A stretch of DNA of 64,000 nt from Octopus sinensis (lineage: Eukaryota): assembly GCF_006345805.1 (NCBI RefSeq), contig NC_043023.1, forward strand, positions 186,001-250,000, read 5' to 3'. A program made the translations under genes and the position numbers. The notes below the pieces were generated by a model, which saw nothing but the letters and a program-made list of their open reading frames with translations, did not search any database and was not told the origin of the DNA. Shown in pieces: positions 38,440 through 50,959 of the stretch; within the stretch, counting starts at the first letter, position 1; each line of letters opens with the position of its first letter.

Positions 38440-39660
38440 CCAACTTATTAACGAGTGGTCTGATAATCGTGTAATTATGGGTCGTAAATGTGACTTAACT
38501 ACTTCAGAGAAATCTGTTATTACTTCTAAACTTGCAAAAGGTAAATCAACATTAGAAATATCAAAAAATAACTGAAAAATATCACCAAACTGCGAAAAAT
38601 AAAAAAAAGTTCCAGCTCCTAATAAGATACGTAAGAGAGCCGACAAGGTCAGTTGAGGGCTGCTTCTCAATGTTCTCTGTCACGAATTAAGCGTAAAGTT
38701 GTAAAAAACCCAGATCTTACAAGTGGAGGACTTTTCAAGCGCAGTGCCGAAACTATTGTATCCAGAACTACCCAATGTCATCTACTGAAAAAGATCTGTA
38801 AACCAGTGACATCAGTTAAAAGGCCTCTTTTATACAAAATACACATACAAAATCGTCTGAAATTGGCTAAAGATAACATGAAGGCCGACTTTTCAAAAGT
38901 TTTGTTTACGGACGAAATTCATGCTACCTTTGATGGACCTGATGGTTGGAGCAAGGGAGGAGTTGTAAATGGACGACATTGTCATCAACGCTTGAGACGC
39001 CACAAGTGGGAGGAGGCATCAGGATTTGGGCAGATATTATTGGAGGTATTATGGTTGGTCTTTGAAAAGTACCGGACGGTGTTAGAATAGCCTTTCTGAA
39101 GGAGCACCTTGAACTTTGGTTAAAAAAGCAATGGGTTGCTTTCATGCAAGGTAAAGCGCACTCAGTGAAGAAAGCTACAGAGTATCTGCAACAATTAGGC
39201 TTATGTGGACCTCGGAAGATAAAGTGTCCTGCCTGTTCTTCCGACTTAAGCCTAATAGAAAACTTTAGTGGAGTATTCTAAAGCGACGAGTTTACGAATG
39301 AACGCCAATTTAGGAGCAAGGATGAACTGTGGCAGGAAATAGGGGGGGGGTGTCTCGTGGTATAACATCAGAGGAGATGCCGAAATTAGCGTGTTCCATG
39401 GACCAGCCTCTTTTCTAAATTATTTCAAACAAAGGTTCATATATCCCTTACTAACCACCTCACCAATCATTCTTGCACTCTGTTTATTTGTTTATTTCTA
39501 TTTCTTCCATATTGATGACTGTGTGTTCATTTCAGTATGTACATCAAACAATTAAATCGTTATTTTATTGTTTACATCAGTTTTAATTACACCTCGCTAA
39601 TATTTTGAAACTATGAAAGTTTACGTAAATTTGGTAAATGGCCATAATTTCTGTGCAGTT
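38440..39660 (+). pseudogene. Degenerate Tc1-like (DD34E) transposon
   Basis: MGRKCDLTTSEKSVITSKLAKGKSTLEISK...KVLFTDEIHATFDGPDGW...GGGIRIWA...PACSSDLSLIEN. Multiple frameshifts and stops. Confidence 0.8.
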
Positions 39661-39938
39661 TACCGAAGCTAACGTTCTGTTTTATAGAATGCTCACCACA
39701 CACATAATGGTTGGTAAGCAAGCTACTTACCACACATCCACTCCTACGCTTGTATGTATATATACATCTTTTAAATTCGTTAGGGATATTCAGATAAAGC
39801 TGCTATTTCATTATGCAGGCTACCGTCTAATGATACTGACTAGTAAGTCAGTTTTTCGGGGTTGCATCATGGTTGTACCGATATAATGTAGGATAGATAT
39901 AAGAAAAAACATATTTCGAAAAGGAGTAACAAATTAGA

Positions 39939-40109
39939 GGCATAGGAGTGGCTGTGTGGTAAGTATCTTGCTTACCAACCACATGGTTCCGGGTTCAGTC
40001 CCACTGCGTGGCACCTTGGGCAAGTGTCTTCTACTATAGCCTCGTGCCGACCAAAGCCTTGTGAGTGGATTTGGTAGACGGAAACTGAAAGAAGCCCATC
40101 GTATGTATG

Positions 40110-40152
<43 letters not shown>

Positions 40153-40370
40153 TTGTGTGTCTGTGTTTGTCCCCCCAACATCGTTTGACAACCGATGCTG
40201 GTGTGTTTGCGTCTCGTAACTTAGCGGTTCGGCAAAAGAGACCGATAGAATAAGTACTGGGCTTACAAAGAATAAGTCCCGGGGTCGATTTGCTCGACTA
40301 AAGGCGGTGCTCCAGCATGGCCACAGTCAAATGACTGAAACAAGTAAAAGAGTAAAAGAGTAAAGAGTAA
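39939..40370 (+). mobile_element. Full-length dominant SINE (reference-like copy)
   Basis: tRNA-like head, CCTTGGGCAAG block, internal (TA)/(TG)n and (GTAAAAGA)3 tail. Confidence 0.92.
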
Positions 40371-40818
40371 CAGTGAAGGAACCCAAACAAATAAACGAAA
40401 ATGCCAATGTTTAAGATGATACACTCTGTAACCACAGAGACCGTGTAAAATGTCATCATAAGGTGGGTGGTATTGATCAATTTAGTCAACCCCCTCCCCC
40501 TGTTTAGCAGCTGAACAGCTGCTGGGTTTAGAATTTATTAAGAAGTGTCACTTCTTGGATGAAATAGAAGAAAGAAATGTGCTAGCACCCTTAAATCTGA
40601 TGAATGAATGATCATCCTTAAAATCTGCAGAATGAAAAGCAAATAAATCCAACACCACCATATACACCTCCATCCTCATATTACTACTATTTCTTCTTCT
40701 ACTCCCATCATCTTCATCCTCCTGCCAAGTACATACAGTAATATCTACAAAGCTAGATTGGCCTTCATACTGGCAAGTAGGGATAAACACCCCTCTGTGA
40801 TTCATTCAATAATGCAGG

Positions 40819-40948
40819 ATCGCCTGATGAAATGAATCGATGATGATCAACCAGATGCCCACGGATATTACGGACTATACTGTACTAATCTCAATGATAC
40901 CGACTCTAATGTTAACATCATGTGATTTGTGGAAACGCGCGTAGCGAT
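40819..40948 (+). ncRNA. Type-I hammerhead motif with intact core and a ~100-nt stem II
   Basis: AUCGC-CUGAUGA-(40831-40931)-GAAAC-GCGC-GUA|GCGAU. Stem I is a perfect 5 bp and stem III is the palindrome ACGCGCGU. The base of stem II pairs AUGAAUC/GAUUUGU, then AUGAUG/CAUCAU. Confidence 0.7.
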
Positions 40949-40991
40949 GTATTAAATATTTATAAATTCCATTCTACAATTATTATTGTTG

Positions 40992-41077
<86 letters not shown>

Positions 41078-41350
41078 ATGACACACACACATCTCAGTAA
41101 ATAGACACAATTTTTGAAAGTTATCTTTCTAGAAATAAAATAATATCATTTGGTGCATTTGAAGACTTAATTTAGTGATTTAGTAGACATACGTTTTGTA
41201 TAGTTTGTAACGATTTAACCTGTTTGTGCTTCACACAAATGAGTAGTGTTCGCACAGGTAAAATAGTTTAATGAGGGTGTGTCTATTTAGCTTTGAGAAA
41301 TCTAAGTATATGTATATCTATCAATTTATCTATTAAATATTGTCTGTCTT

Positions 41351-41445
<95 letters not shown>

Positions 41446-41510
41446 GTCTGTCTGTCTGTCTGTCTGTCTGTCCATCCGTCTATCCATCCATCCATACATA
41501 CATACATACA

Positions 41511-41565
<55 letters not shown>

Positions 41566-43148
41566 ATACACACAAATGCATACACAAGAATATACATTGA
41601 ACCACCCCAAAACAGTCATCAAGCTTCAGCTCCCTCACCATCACCATCATTACCCCCACACGACAAATGACACAACCACAACCACTACAACCACCCGCAA
41701 CTATCACCGCATCCACAACCACCACCACAACCACAAAACCACTACTCTGATGCATCATCAAGTAAGGTAATGAGTACTCTATCTTTTATCTTCATCATAA
41801 TCCAACTCAAACAATGTCGCAGTATATGACGAGAACGACGCTCACTCACAGAAGTAGCTATTACAAAGAGAAGTCTTAACTATTCCCTCACACTACTGAC
41901 AACGCAAGTCAACAAAGTGCACCTAAATTTCGCTCAAGTACCACCATACCGTCTTAGTAAGGACACCTTAGATAATGTAGTCCTAGATACACTGTGACCA
42001 AATAAAAGACGGCACGATCCCAATTGGAACGTCTTGGATCAGAACGAACGTGGGATTAAACAGCTGCAATAACTGTAATCACTAATACAAATTTTCTATA
42101 CTGTGCATTAGATAATGTAATCCTAGATATACAATGCCCGAATAAAAGATGGTATGGTTACAGATGAAAGAATAGCGTTGTTTGTTTCCAACAGAATCTT
42201 TCACTGGTTCACTAGATGTTTTTACGATGCTGAGAGTAACTAGGACCGTCCGTGCAACTCATACGGAACAGCTATCACAAAGCATATTGTTTTCAAAAGC
42301 CATGTGTATAAAGTTGTCGTTGAATATATATATATATATATGTAGTGAATCTTGCGTGCATGAATTGGATTCGATCCACCGTAGCCAAATTTAAATTAAC
42401 GCTGCAACAGAACTGTTCTCATGATGGAACAATGGTTTTTCTTTGACAGCAGTTTTACATTTTCCAGATGCCTTTATCTAGGCCGAAATGTCTTCACCAC
42501 TTGACCCTTTCTAACCTCTTCTACTTCACCAAAAGCTAGAATAGAGATAACAAAACCACCAACTAAATCTATTGTTCTCAACGATATATCTATCCTTCTG
42601 GATCTTTATATAAGCAAGCATACCTCAAGCAAAAGTCAGTTCGTCACAGTCGGTGACGACTCAACGAGGTCTGACTGACCAACCTTGTTCAGAGGGAGAA
42701 AGCAACTGTGAGAAACACCCTACAATTCTCTCTAATTCTGTTCTCTTACAACATCATTCTATCGCTATCTGTGGATTACTACTAACTATTCGTATACGCC
42801 AAACTATGTAATGAAACATTCTACCTCATCTAACTTTACTTCGCATGCTTTAGAATGTATTAAAACCTGCCCGTTGAGACAAGGTATTTGTAACGTAACG
42901 GTAAATAAATATTTCCTTAAAACTTCACGCATTGTTTATCTTACACATCCTACAGTGTGCGATTATAATAACAACAAATATTTATCGTTGCATCATATCC
43001 AACATCATCATAATGATGTTTACAAATCAATTTATTCTGTTACAATGACGGGTTGTATTAGTTTAGCGCTCGGGAAGTAAGAAAGTCTTTTATGTTTCGA
43101 GCCTACGCTACAGAAAAGAACACAGAAATAAACAGAGAGAAAATAAAA

Positions 43149-43190
<42 letters not shown>

Positions 43191-43240
43191 ATATTAAATT
43201 TCTAAATATCTCATAGAGATATGTGCGGTGGTGGAGCGAT

Positions 43241-44776
43241 AGAGTGGTTGTATACTGTCAACTTAACGTGACAGTCTAGTAAGGGAATTACACCACCGCT
43301 GTTTAGCCCTAGGAAGCATCAACGCTTCCTGTCGGCCTTGACACATTCCTGTGTCCTTATATACGAGGGACGTTCAATAAGTAATGCCTCTGGCCCACTT
43401 GCAGTTGTTTGATCTAGCTGAAATTTTGCATGTGCAATTATTTATATCTCTATAGATTAAGTGGCAAATTACAGCTCTGAACTAATTGTGGTTTTTGATT
43501 TACAGGTGTTTGAACTGAGTCAAGTGTGAAATGGAGCCTGTTGAGTGTCGAGCAGTGATCCGGTTTTTGTATTTGAAAGGACGCACACCACGGGAGACTT
43601 TTGATGAAATGAAAGTAACTTATGGTGATGATGCCCCATCATATGACCTTGTAAAACGCTGGCATCGTGAATTCAAACATGGTCGGAACTCTGTGGAAAC
43701 AGCTCCCAGATCTGGTCGCCCCGCTTCTGCCATTGATGAGGCATTTGTCCGTCAAGTTGAGGCTGCCATTTTGGAAGATCGACGCATAACTATTCGCCAA
43801 ATAGCCCATTAGGTCAAGATTATTACCAGGTCTGTGGAAACTATCATTCATGACCATTTGCATATGCAAAAGGTGTCTGCCAGATGGATTCCCAGGTTGC
43901 TCACACCTTTCCAGAAGCAAGAACGCGTCGACTGCTCGAGGATGAATTTGGAGATGTGCCAAGAAGATGAGTCAAAATTTTTCAAATTACACAGGATGAA
44001 ACCTGGGTCCATCACTATGATCCAGAGACCAAAGCCCAGTCAATGCAGTGGAAGCACCGTGACTCACCTCCTCCAAAGAAGGCAAGGGTTCAGCCCTTCA
44101 CTGGCAAGGTCATGCTCACAGTCTTCTGGGACCAGGACGGAGTAGTGATGACAGATTTCCTGGCAAAGGGTACCACAATTACAGGAGCCTATTATGCTTC
44201 ACTGTTGAGGAAATTAAGAGAAGCTATCAAAATCAAGAGGCGGGGCTAGATCAGCAAAGGCATCCTCCTCCTGCAGTACAACACTCCAGTCCACAACTCG
44301 CGTGTCGCCAGATCAAAAGCACAGGCGTGCGGCTATGAACTTCTCCCCCATCCCCCTACTCTCCTGATCTTGCACCCTCTGATTTTTACCTCTTCCCACC
44401 CATGAAGTTGTTTTTGAAAGGAAAGCGTTTCCCAGATGATGTAGCCTTGATTTCTGAAGTCATGTCGTGGTTGGAGGACCAAGCTGGGTTCTTCTACAAA
44501 AACGGTCTCCAGAGCTGCATCAAACGAGGAGAGAAATGCGTAACTCTGGGTGGTTCCTATGTAGAAAAAGACTAATAACTGTGCCAAGTTTCGTTGCTCT
44601 ACTACTATGGGAAGTGGGTCAGGGGCATTACTTATTGAACGCCCCTCGTATATTCGTAAATATATAAGGCACAGGAAATGTGTCAAGGTTGACAGGAAGC
44701 GTCAATGCTTCCCATGGCTAAATAGCGGTGGTGTATTTCCCTTACTGGACTGTCACGTTAAGTTGACAGTATACAA

Positions 44777-44783
<7 letters not shown>
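43241..44783. repeat. Foldback element (arms 43241-43361 and 44661-44783) whose centre holds a mariner
   Basis: The arms GAGTGGTTGTATACTGTCAACTTAACGTGACAGTC...CCTTATA are reverse complements of each other. A solo arm lies at ~59050-59220. Confidence 0.85.
43364..44648 (+). mobile_element. Full-length (1285 bp) mariner, transposase pseudogene 43531-44575
   Basis: TA-flanked near-perfect TIRs CGAGGG(A/G)CGTTCAATAAGTAATGCC. MEPVECRAVIRFL...ITQDETWVHHYDPE...HPPYSPDLAPSDF. Two in-frame stops, one frameshift, and the second catalytic D replaced by Y (LLQYNTPVH). Confidence 0.95.
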
Positions 44784-44820
<37 letters not shown>

Positions 44821-44831
44821 AATATATATAT

Positions 44832-44870
<39 letters not shown>

Positions 44871-45712
44871 TATATATACCATCATCAGCATCATCATTAT
44901 CATTTAACGTCCGCCTTCCATGCTGGAATGGTTTGGACGGTTTGACAAGAGCTGGCCAGGCAGAAGACTGCACCAGACGTCTGTGTCTGTTTTGCAAGGT
45001 ATTTTACGGCTGGATGCTCTTCCTAACGCCAACCACTCAGCAGAGTGGACCGAGGGCTTTTTTCGTGGCACCAGCACTGGCAGGGTCACCAAGTAACTCG
45101 CAAGACAAAGATCTTTTGAGAGGAGGCGGAGAATTGGAGGAGGTTATCTTGTGTCAGATGATTAAAGGTTATAGTGAGACAGAGAGACAGAAACAGGTGT
45201 CTTACTGTAGAGGAGGTACATGATTACCCACCCTGAGGGAAGAATAGGCGAAGGAGTGAGAGAGTGGAAGACAGCAAGAGAGAGAGAGAGAGAGAGAGAG
45301 AGCAGGGGGAGATGGCGGCGAAGTGCTGAGCATACTCCCAAGGAACGGGGATCAGAATATAAATGGGATGGTAAAATGAAAGAAGAGATAGATAGACGGT
45401 GACAAGTGCCAGGACATACCCTTGAGGTACGGAGGTCTTAATATAAGTGGCAGGGCATTGCAAAAGAAGCGTGAGTAGGGAGTGGGGGTAGAAAATGCAG
45501 TGAGTGGGGAAAACCTGGATATGTAGAGGGGATGGGGTTACTGGATAGTATTACTATACAGTGAGTAGGGCCGTGAGGACAGGATTGGGGCGTGAAAGAT
45601 AAGCATAGTACTTGAAAGAGGAATTGTGAGGAAGAGATGTAGTTTGGTTTGTTCGAGCAGGGTACACACCTTGTCCCAAGAAAATGAGATAACAGCTCTT
45701 ATGAACCTCATT

Positions 45713-45950
45713 AGCTTACAGCTGTTTCTGCTATAAGATGTAGTAGACTCATAGTTGAGTGTCTGAGTAACACATTATAGCTTCATCGGAGTCACGAATA
45801 TGAAATGCAATTTAATTGGGAAAAGAGTTACATTTATGCATGTATATATAAAAAAAACATTATTACTAAGGCTCCGATGAAGCTATTCAGGTGTTACTCA
45901 GACACTTAACTATGAGTCCACTCTATCTTATTGCAGAAATATCTATAATC
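45713..45950. ncRNA. Head-to-head pair of hammerhead-like motifs with a CCGAUGA core variant
   Basis: Minus copy 45793-45713: GACU-CCGAUGA-A-GCUAUAA...UUAUAGC-A-GAAAC-AGCU-GUA|AGCU. The plus copy from 45870 is more decayed. Confidence 0.5.
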
Positions 45951-46095
45951 GTTTATTCCTTTGTCATCTTATTTTATTATTACTGCTCTGTACTCGTCTA
46001 AAACTTTGTTATGAAACATATGCATTTTGAGTTCTATACCACGTTATTAGTCTTCCAATGCCTAAGCGAAATATATATATATAAATATATCTATA

Positions 46096-46325
46096 CAGGT
46101 ATCTCCCCAAAAAGTTAGGAATGGAACAGGGGAAGTACGGACAACGACCGATTCATAGTAAAGTGATATTTTTCACATTAGTTGTAACAAACACAAAACG
46201 TTTGACTAAGCTGGGGGGTTTTTATGTGTGTGTTTGTTACAAAAAATGTAAAAAATATCACTTTACTATGAAATGGTCTTTGTCCGCACTTCACCTGCTC
46301 CATTTCTAACTTTTCGGACACACAC
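46096..46325. mobile_element. Tc1-type MITE with ~70-bp TIRs
   Basis: AAAAGTTAG(G/A)AATGGA(A/G)CAGG...TTCATAGTAAAGTGATATTTT at both ends in inverted orientation. A half copy lies at ~48395-48452. Confidence 0.75.
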
Positions 46326-47361
46326 ACAATTTATTTGTAGATTAACATGGCTACCATTGGTTTCATGTAGTGAGAAATTTCTCAACAATTATCAAACCCT
46401 CCATATTGAACGTTGAATCATCCTCATAGCCCCGTTAACCCACAAATAAAGAATATCTATTCATTGTGTAATGTTTAACACTCATTTTCACTGATCGACA
46501 TTAGAATATACTAACAAATCTACCCATCTACGATGGAGGCATAAAATGAGGGAGGGAAGTCATAACAGCTGTATGTATTGAGAATGTGTAAATGGACTTG
46601 ACAAATTACTGGGTGATATTTTAGGGGAATCACGTTATTGTTGGTAATACAGCATTCTATAGCAGCTATATGACATGTGTTTGCGACTAAGTGACATGTG
46701 ATGACGATTCACTCCCGAACTGAAATAGGCTCCCAGGCTCTGTATTATGAATGGTTATGTGGACCACTCCTAACGAAAGCTAAGGCTTCCTTCGACCAGT
46801 ACATAAAAAGTTTTAAGAAAAAAATATGCTATTTTGATATACTTTTATTTTAGTTATTTACACTATTTTACTCTTGTTTATACTCCTACACATTCAAAGT
46901 TCACAAATCTCCTTACTTAAATTATGAATCATATTCCTTTCGATAATATCAATATGATTACAAAATTTCTTTGAAGACGATAATTTCTGTTTGGTCAACA
47001 CTAATTTTCAAATTACTGGAGTCCGTCGCTCCACTCACAGCGACGTATAACTGGCCGTGTGTAAACATCGGAGTGGGTAAAAAACCCAGTCCGATGTTTA
47101 CACACGGTCTGGCCTTGTATTCGTTTGCTGTGAATGCACGAGCGGCTGCAAGAAATCAAACTAAGACTTACCTCTCACTGTTCTATGCGAATAATGTTTG
47201 GATGTTCTGGTACCATATATTATTTTGATTGACAAAACTGAGATGTAAACAACAGCCGCTTCGACTAGCCGTTTCGAATCCTGCTCGAGACTGACACACT
47301 TCAAAAACCGCTAAATAATCACTATATACTGACACACTTTTTCCATTATATTTTTGCTATT

Positions 47362-47962
47362 AACCCTTCTCGCAACCCGCTTCGTATCTACGACGGGGCT
47401 GCGAACTATTCGAAGAAAATTCAGAGTTACTCGTGGTCAGCGAATTTTTAATGAAAATACGAAGGTGGTTTATCAATTCAAAAATCGATATCCACGAAAT
47501 AATCTTACTTTCTGATTTTTTAATCTTAAAAATCTTTCTGACGACCGTCTTTGTAATCCTGAAAAATATCGTAACCATTGGTCCGGCCGTCTGGCCGTCA
47601 AGTGGCAGCAAAGAGACGGACAGACGGACATAACACCCATTATGATAAGAAAGCACATCTCCCCACCTACGATGGAATATAAAGGGATAGTATCGCAAAT
47701 CTAAACCCTCTAAATTCACGAAGTATACGAGGGTGGTGGTGGTGCAGAGTTAATCCTCGTCGCCAGAATTTTAATCAAAAAATTCAAAGGTGATTTATTA
47801 ATACAAAACTCAATATCCATTAAATAATCATACTTTTTCTCATTATTTTCGCTAAAAACCTTACTGCTTACCTCCTTCGTAATCTCGAAAAACATCGTGA
47901 CCATTAGTCCAGTTTGACCGTGAAAAGGGGACAGACGGACATAACACCCATTATAGTAAGAT
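47362..47962 (+). mobile_element. Two adjacent related Helitron/DINE-like non-autonomous units
   Basis: Both end with GGACAGACGGACATAACACCCATTAT(G/A)(A/G)TAAGA (~47650 and ~47962) and share ATCGT(A/G)ACCATT.GTCC. Confidence 0.5.
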
Positions 47963-48787
47963 ATATAGATACATACGTGCATGCATACATATATGTTTAC
48001 ATACATGCATACATACATACATACATACATATACATACATACATACATACATACAATCTAATGAAAAAGGCGAAGAATGGTTTTAGTACATCTTTATTAT
48101 TAGTTATGATTATTATGTACACGTCTGCCTATCTATCTGACGGTTTGTTTGTCTGTCTAGCTATCTGCCTCTCACTGAATCTTTCTTTCTATATACATAC
48201 ATACTTACATACATACATACATACATACATGCATGCATACATACATACATACATACATACATACATACATACATACATACATACATACATGCATGCATGC
48301 ATGCATACATACATACATGCATGCATGCATACATACATACATACATGCATGCATGCATACATACATACATACATACATACATACAGATATCTTACTAAAA
48401 AGCTAGGAATGGAACAGGTGTAGTGCGGACAACGACCGATTCATAGTAAAGTCTAGTTATCTGTCTCTCTATATCTGTCACCTAATCCATCTAAGCATTT
48501 AAATATTGCTTTCTAATTTTGACTCAAGGCCAGCAATTTCAGGGGTTAAGTCAATTACATCGACCCCGAGAGAATGAAAGACAAAGTCGACCTCGGCAGA
48601 ATTTGAACTCAGGACGTAAAGACGTGCTAACGATTCTGCCAACGCAAATCAGCAATAAGACATCGATCATCTGTCATATTTCTTTTATACTAGTATACCC
48701 ATACTGTAAAAGATTATGATGTTTTAGGAGAAGTATATTAAAAAAGAAAGTATTTAATGAATATATCGTCATAACATATCTTTCATA

Positions 48788-49030
48788 TCTATTATATAAA
48801 ATCCGTTCTGTGTGTGTGTATGTGTGTGTGTCTTCTCGGATCTCGGGCATCCTCCATCCGATTGCACTCAAATTTGATATGTAGATATCTACTGTATCAG
48901 GGCGTGTATAAGTCTTGAAAAAGTTACAAAAATCGATTCCCGTTGAGAATGCGATCGATAAAGCCGTGGGAACGTGCATTTGTACGCGCAAGTACATCAG
49001 CTGTTGCTATGTACTCCCAGTCAACGGCCT
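48788..49030 (+). mobile_element. Helitron-like 5' end
   Basis: A|TCTATTATATAAAATCCG followed by (TG)n, typical of small Helitron 5' termini. The 3' CTAG end was not found. Confidence 0.4.
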
Positions 49031-49559
49031 TATCATTATTGGTACTTTAAACTCTTCGGTCGCATATTTGTGTGAATAAAATCGTTTTTCTTGGAATAGA
49101 AAAAAATCTATCTTTATTTCTTCTTTTGCTGGTGTCCCAAATTTAGGTTAAATCAGTGTTTCTCAAAGGGGAGGCCTATGGGATGGTCAGACAAGTTGTT
49201 TTGAGAAAATTTGGTTTAAATGTTTGACAACTCAGCACCATCCATTGGACGGGGGTATTTTGCTCGTACTTTATATAATACATCCTATTACTGCCAAGCT
49301 AGGTTCTGTTCAAGGTCTATTTATCAAAAGCATTATATTTTATCAATAACCACTGAACTCAACATTCCATGCATATATAATATAAATATCATTATGATAT
49401 GTCTTTATAAAGCTGGTACAGAGTGCCATACACCACGATATACACATTTTTTCAATATACATTAGGTCCAAAGACGTAGCTCAAGGCCGAATAGAAGTGA
49501 GAAGCGATGAATTTGAGGAGATTAATATGTCTCCTTGGGGCTCAGTGATTCTGTACCGA

Positions 49560-50090
49560 ATGATGGACGCTGAAATCTCGCAGTGAATAAAAGCAGCATA
49601 CTACTTTATACTACTATAAAAGATGCGCTCAAAGCAAAGCTGAATAAGACCATAAGTACCAGTCTCTTCTGTAGCATCGCCCTACCAACGCTTTTATACG
49701 CAAGCGAAAAGGTGGGCTACTTTGAAGAGGGAAGAACATCGATTGGCTCGACACAATGGGCCATGGAGAGATCCATCCTAGGATTATCATTGTGAAAGCA
49801 TATCTGAAATGAGGTGATTCGAGAACTGAGCGGAGTGAACGATGTGATGACAGAATACCGAAAACACGTGTTCTGTTGAGTCGCACATGCCGCAAAGTTC
49901 ACAGACAATAGGAGGACTCGTGCAGTTGTCGAGTGGTGTGCGATTGGAAAAGGCTATTCGGAAGGCCTCCACGAAGATAGGAAGACGATTTAATTAAACG
50001 AATCGGCTCAAAATGGAAAAGAATGGTGCAATCAAGAAAGGACTGGGAGCGCATTCTAACCAGTGGTGTATAACAGCATCTGATAGTCTG
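49560..50090 (+). mobile_element. RTE-clade LINE 3' remnant
   Basis: LFCSIALPTLLYASE...TQWAMERSILGLSL*..I*NEVIRELSGVNDV...HAAKFTDNR.TRAVVEW...GRPP. Confidence 0.75.
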
Positions 50091-50126
50091 GTCAATGCAG
50101 ACGATGCAAGTAATACGTTCACAGCA

Positions 50127-50423
50127 TATGAGGTCTGATCAATAAGTATCCAGACTGTTGCCATAATAACGAAGCTAAAGCACGCAGAATGTAGCCGCTT
50201 GGAAAAGATTGACTTTGAACTTTTCTGTGTATGAACACTAAGTTTTAACATTCTAGCTCACTTCCGCTGTTTACAGCAGTTTTTGGAAGGAAGGTGTGTA
50301 GCGTGTGATCGTCCGCATTAAAAATGACAGAGAAAGTTGTCAGATGCCTACACAGAGTTGTAGGAAGTGTATGGAAAGGAGTATATGAACCACACACGAG
50401 TGTACGAGTGGTTCAGATGTTTC
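50127..50423 (+). mobile_element. Mariner 5' end truncated by the assembly gap
   Basis: TIR-like TATGAGGTCTGATCAATAAGTATCCAGAC, then MTEK... and EVYGKEYMNHTRVYEWFRCF. Confidence 0.7.
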
Positions 50424-50523
50424 NNNNNNNNNNNNNNNNNNNNNNNNNNNNNNNNNNNNNNNNNNNNNNNNNNNNNNNNNNNNNNNNNNNNNNNNNNNNN
50501 NNNNNNNNNNNNNNNNNNNNNNN
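50424..50523. other. Assembly gap (100 N)
   Basis: Run of N. Confidence 1.
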
Positions 50524-50959
50524 TTTTATAGCGTGCTTTCACTTCACTACCGAGCGCAGCTCTGTGTGCCTTAGGTATGTGCTGTGATTTGTTGTGATGC
50601 TCTGATGGTTATTGTATGGAAAGTGTTCTGTTAGGATTATGCAGTGCCTAGTAGTGCATTTTCTGTATGTTATATGTGTTTGTAAGTTCTGGTGTTTTTG
50701 TTATGTATTTGTCTGAATATTTTTTTATCATGCCTAATGCACCTACTATGATAGGAATTGTTTCTCTCTTTAGATTCCACATTCTGGTTACCTCTATTTC
50801 CAGGTCTTTGTATTTTGAGAGTTTCTCCATTTCTTTTAGAGACACGTTGTCATCTGCCGGTATTGATACATCAATTAGAAAGCATTCTTTTTCTTTATGA
50901 TCTCTGGCAACTATATCTGGTCTGTTGGCCTTAATTTCTCTGTCTGTGTGTATCGGCAT
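50524..50959 (-). mobile_element. R4/Dong-clade RLE endonuclease 3' fragment plus 3' UTR
   Basis: MPIHTDREIKANRPDIVARDHKEKECFLIDVSIPADDNVSLKEMEKLSKYKDLEIEVTRMWNLK..IPIIVGALG carries the PD-(D/E)xK motif. The 5' junction abuts (AAT)n at 50958-50975. Confidence 0.85.
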
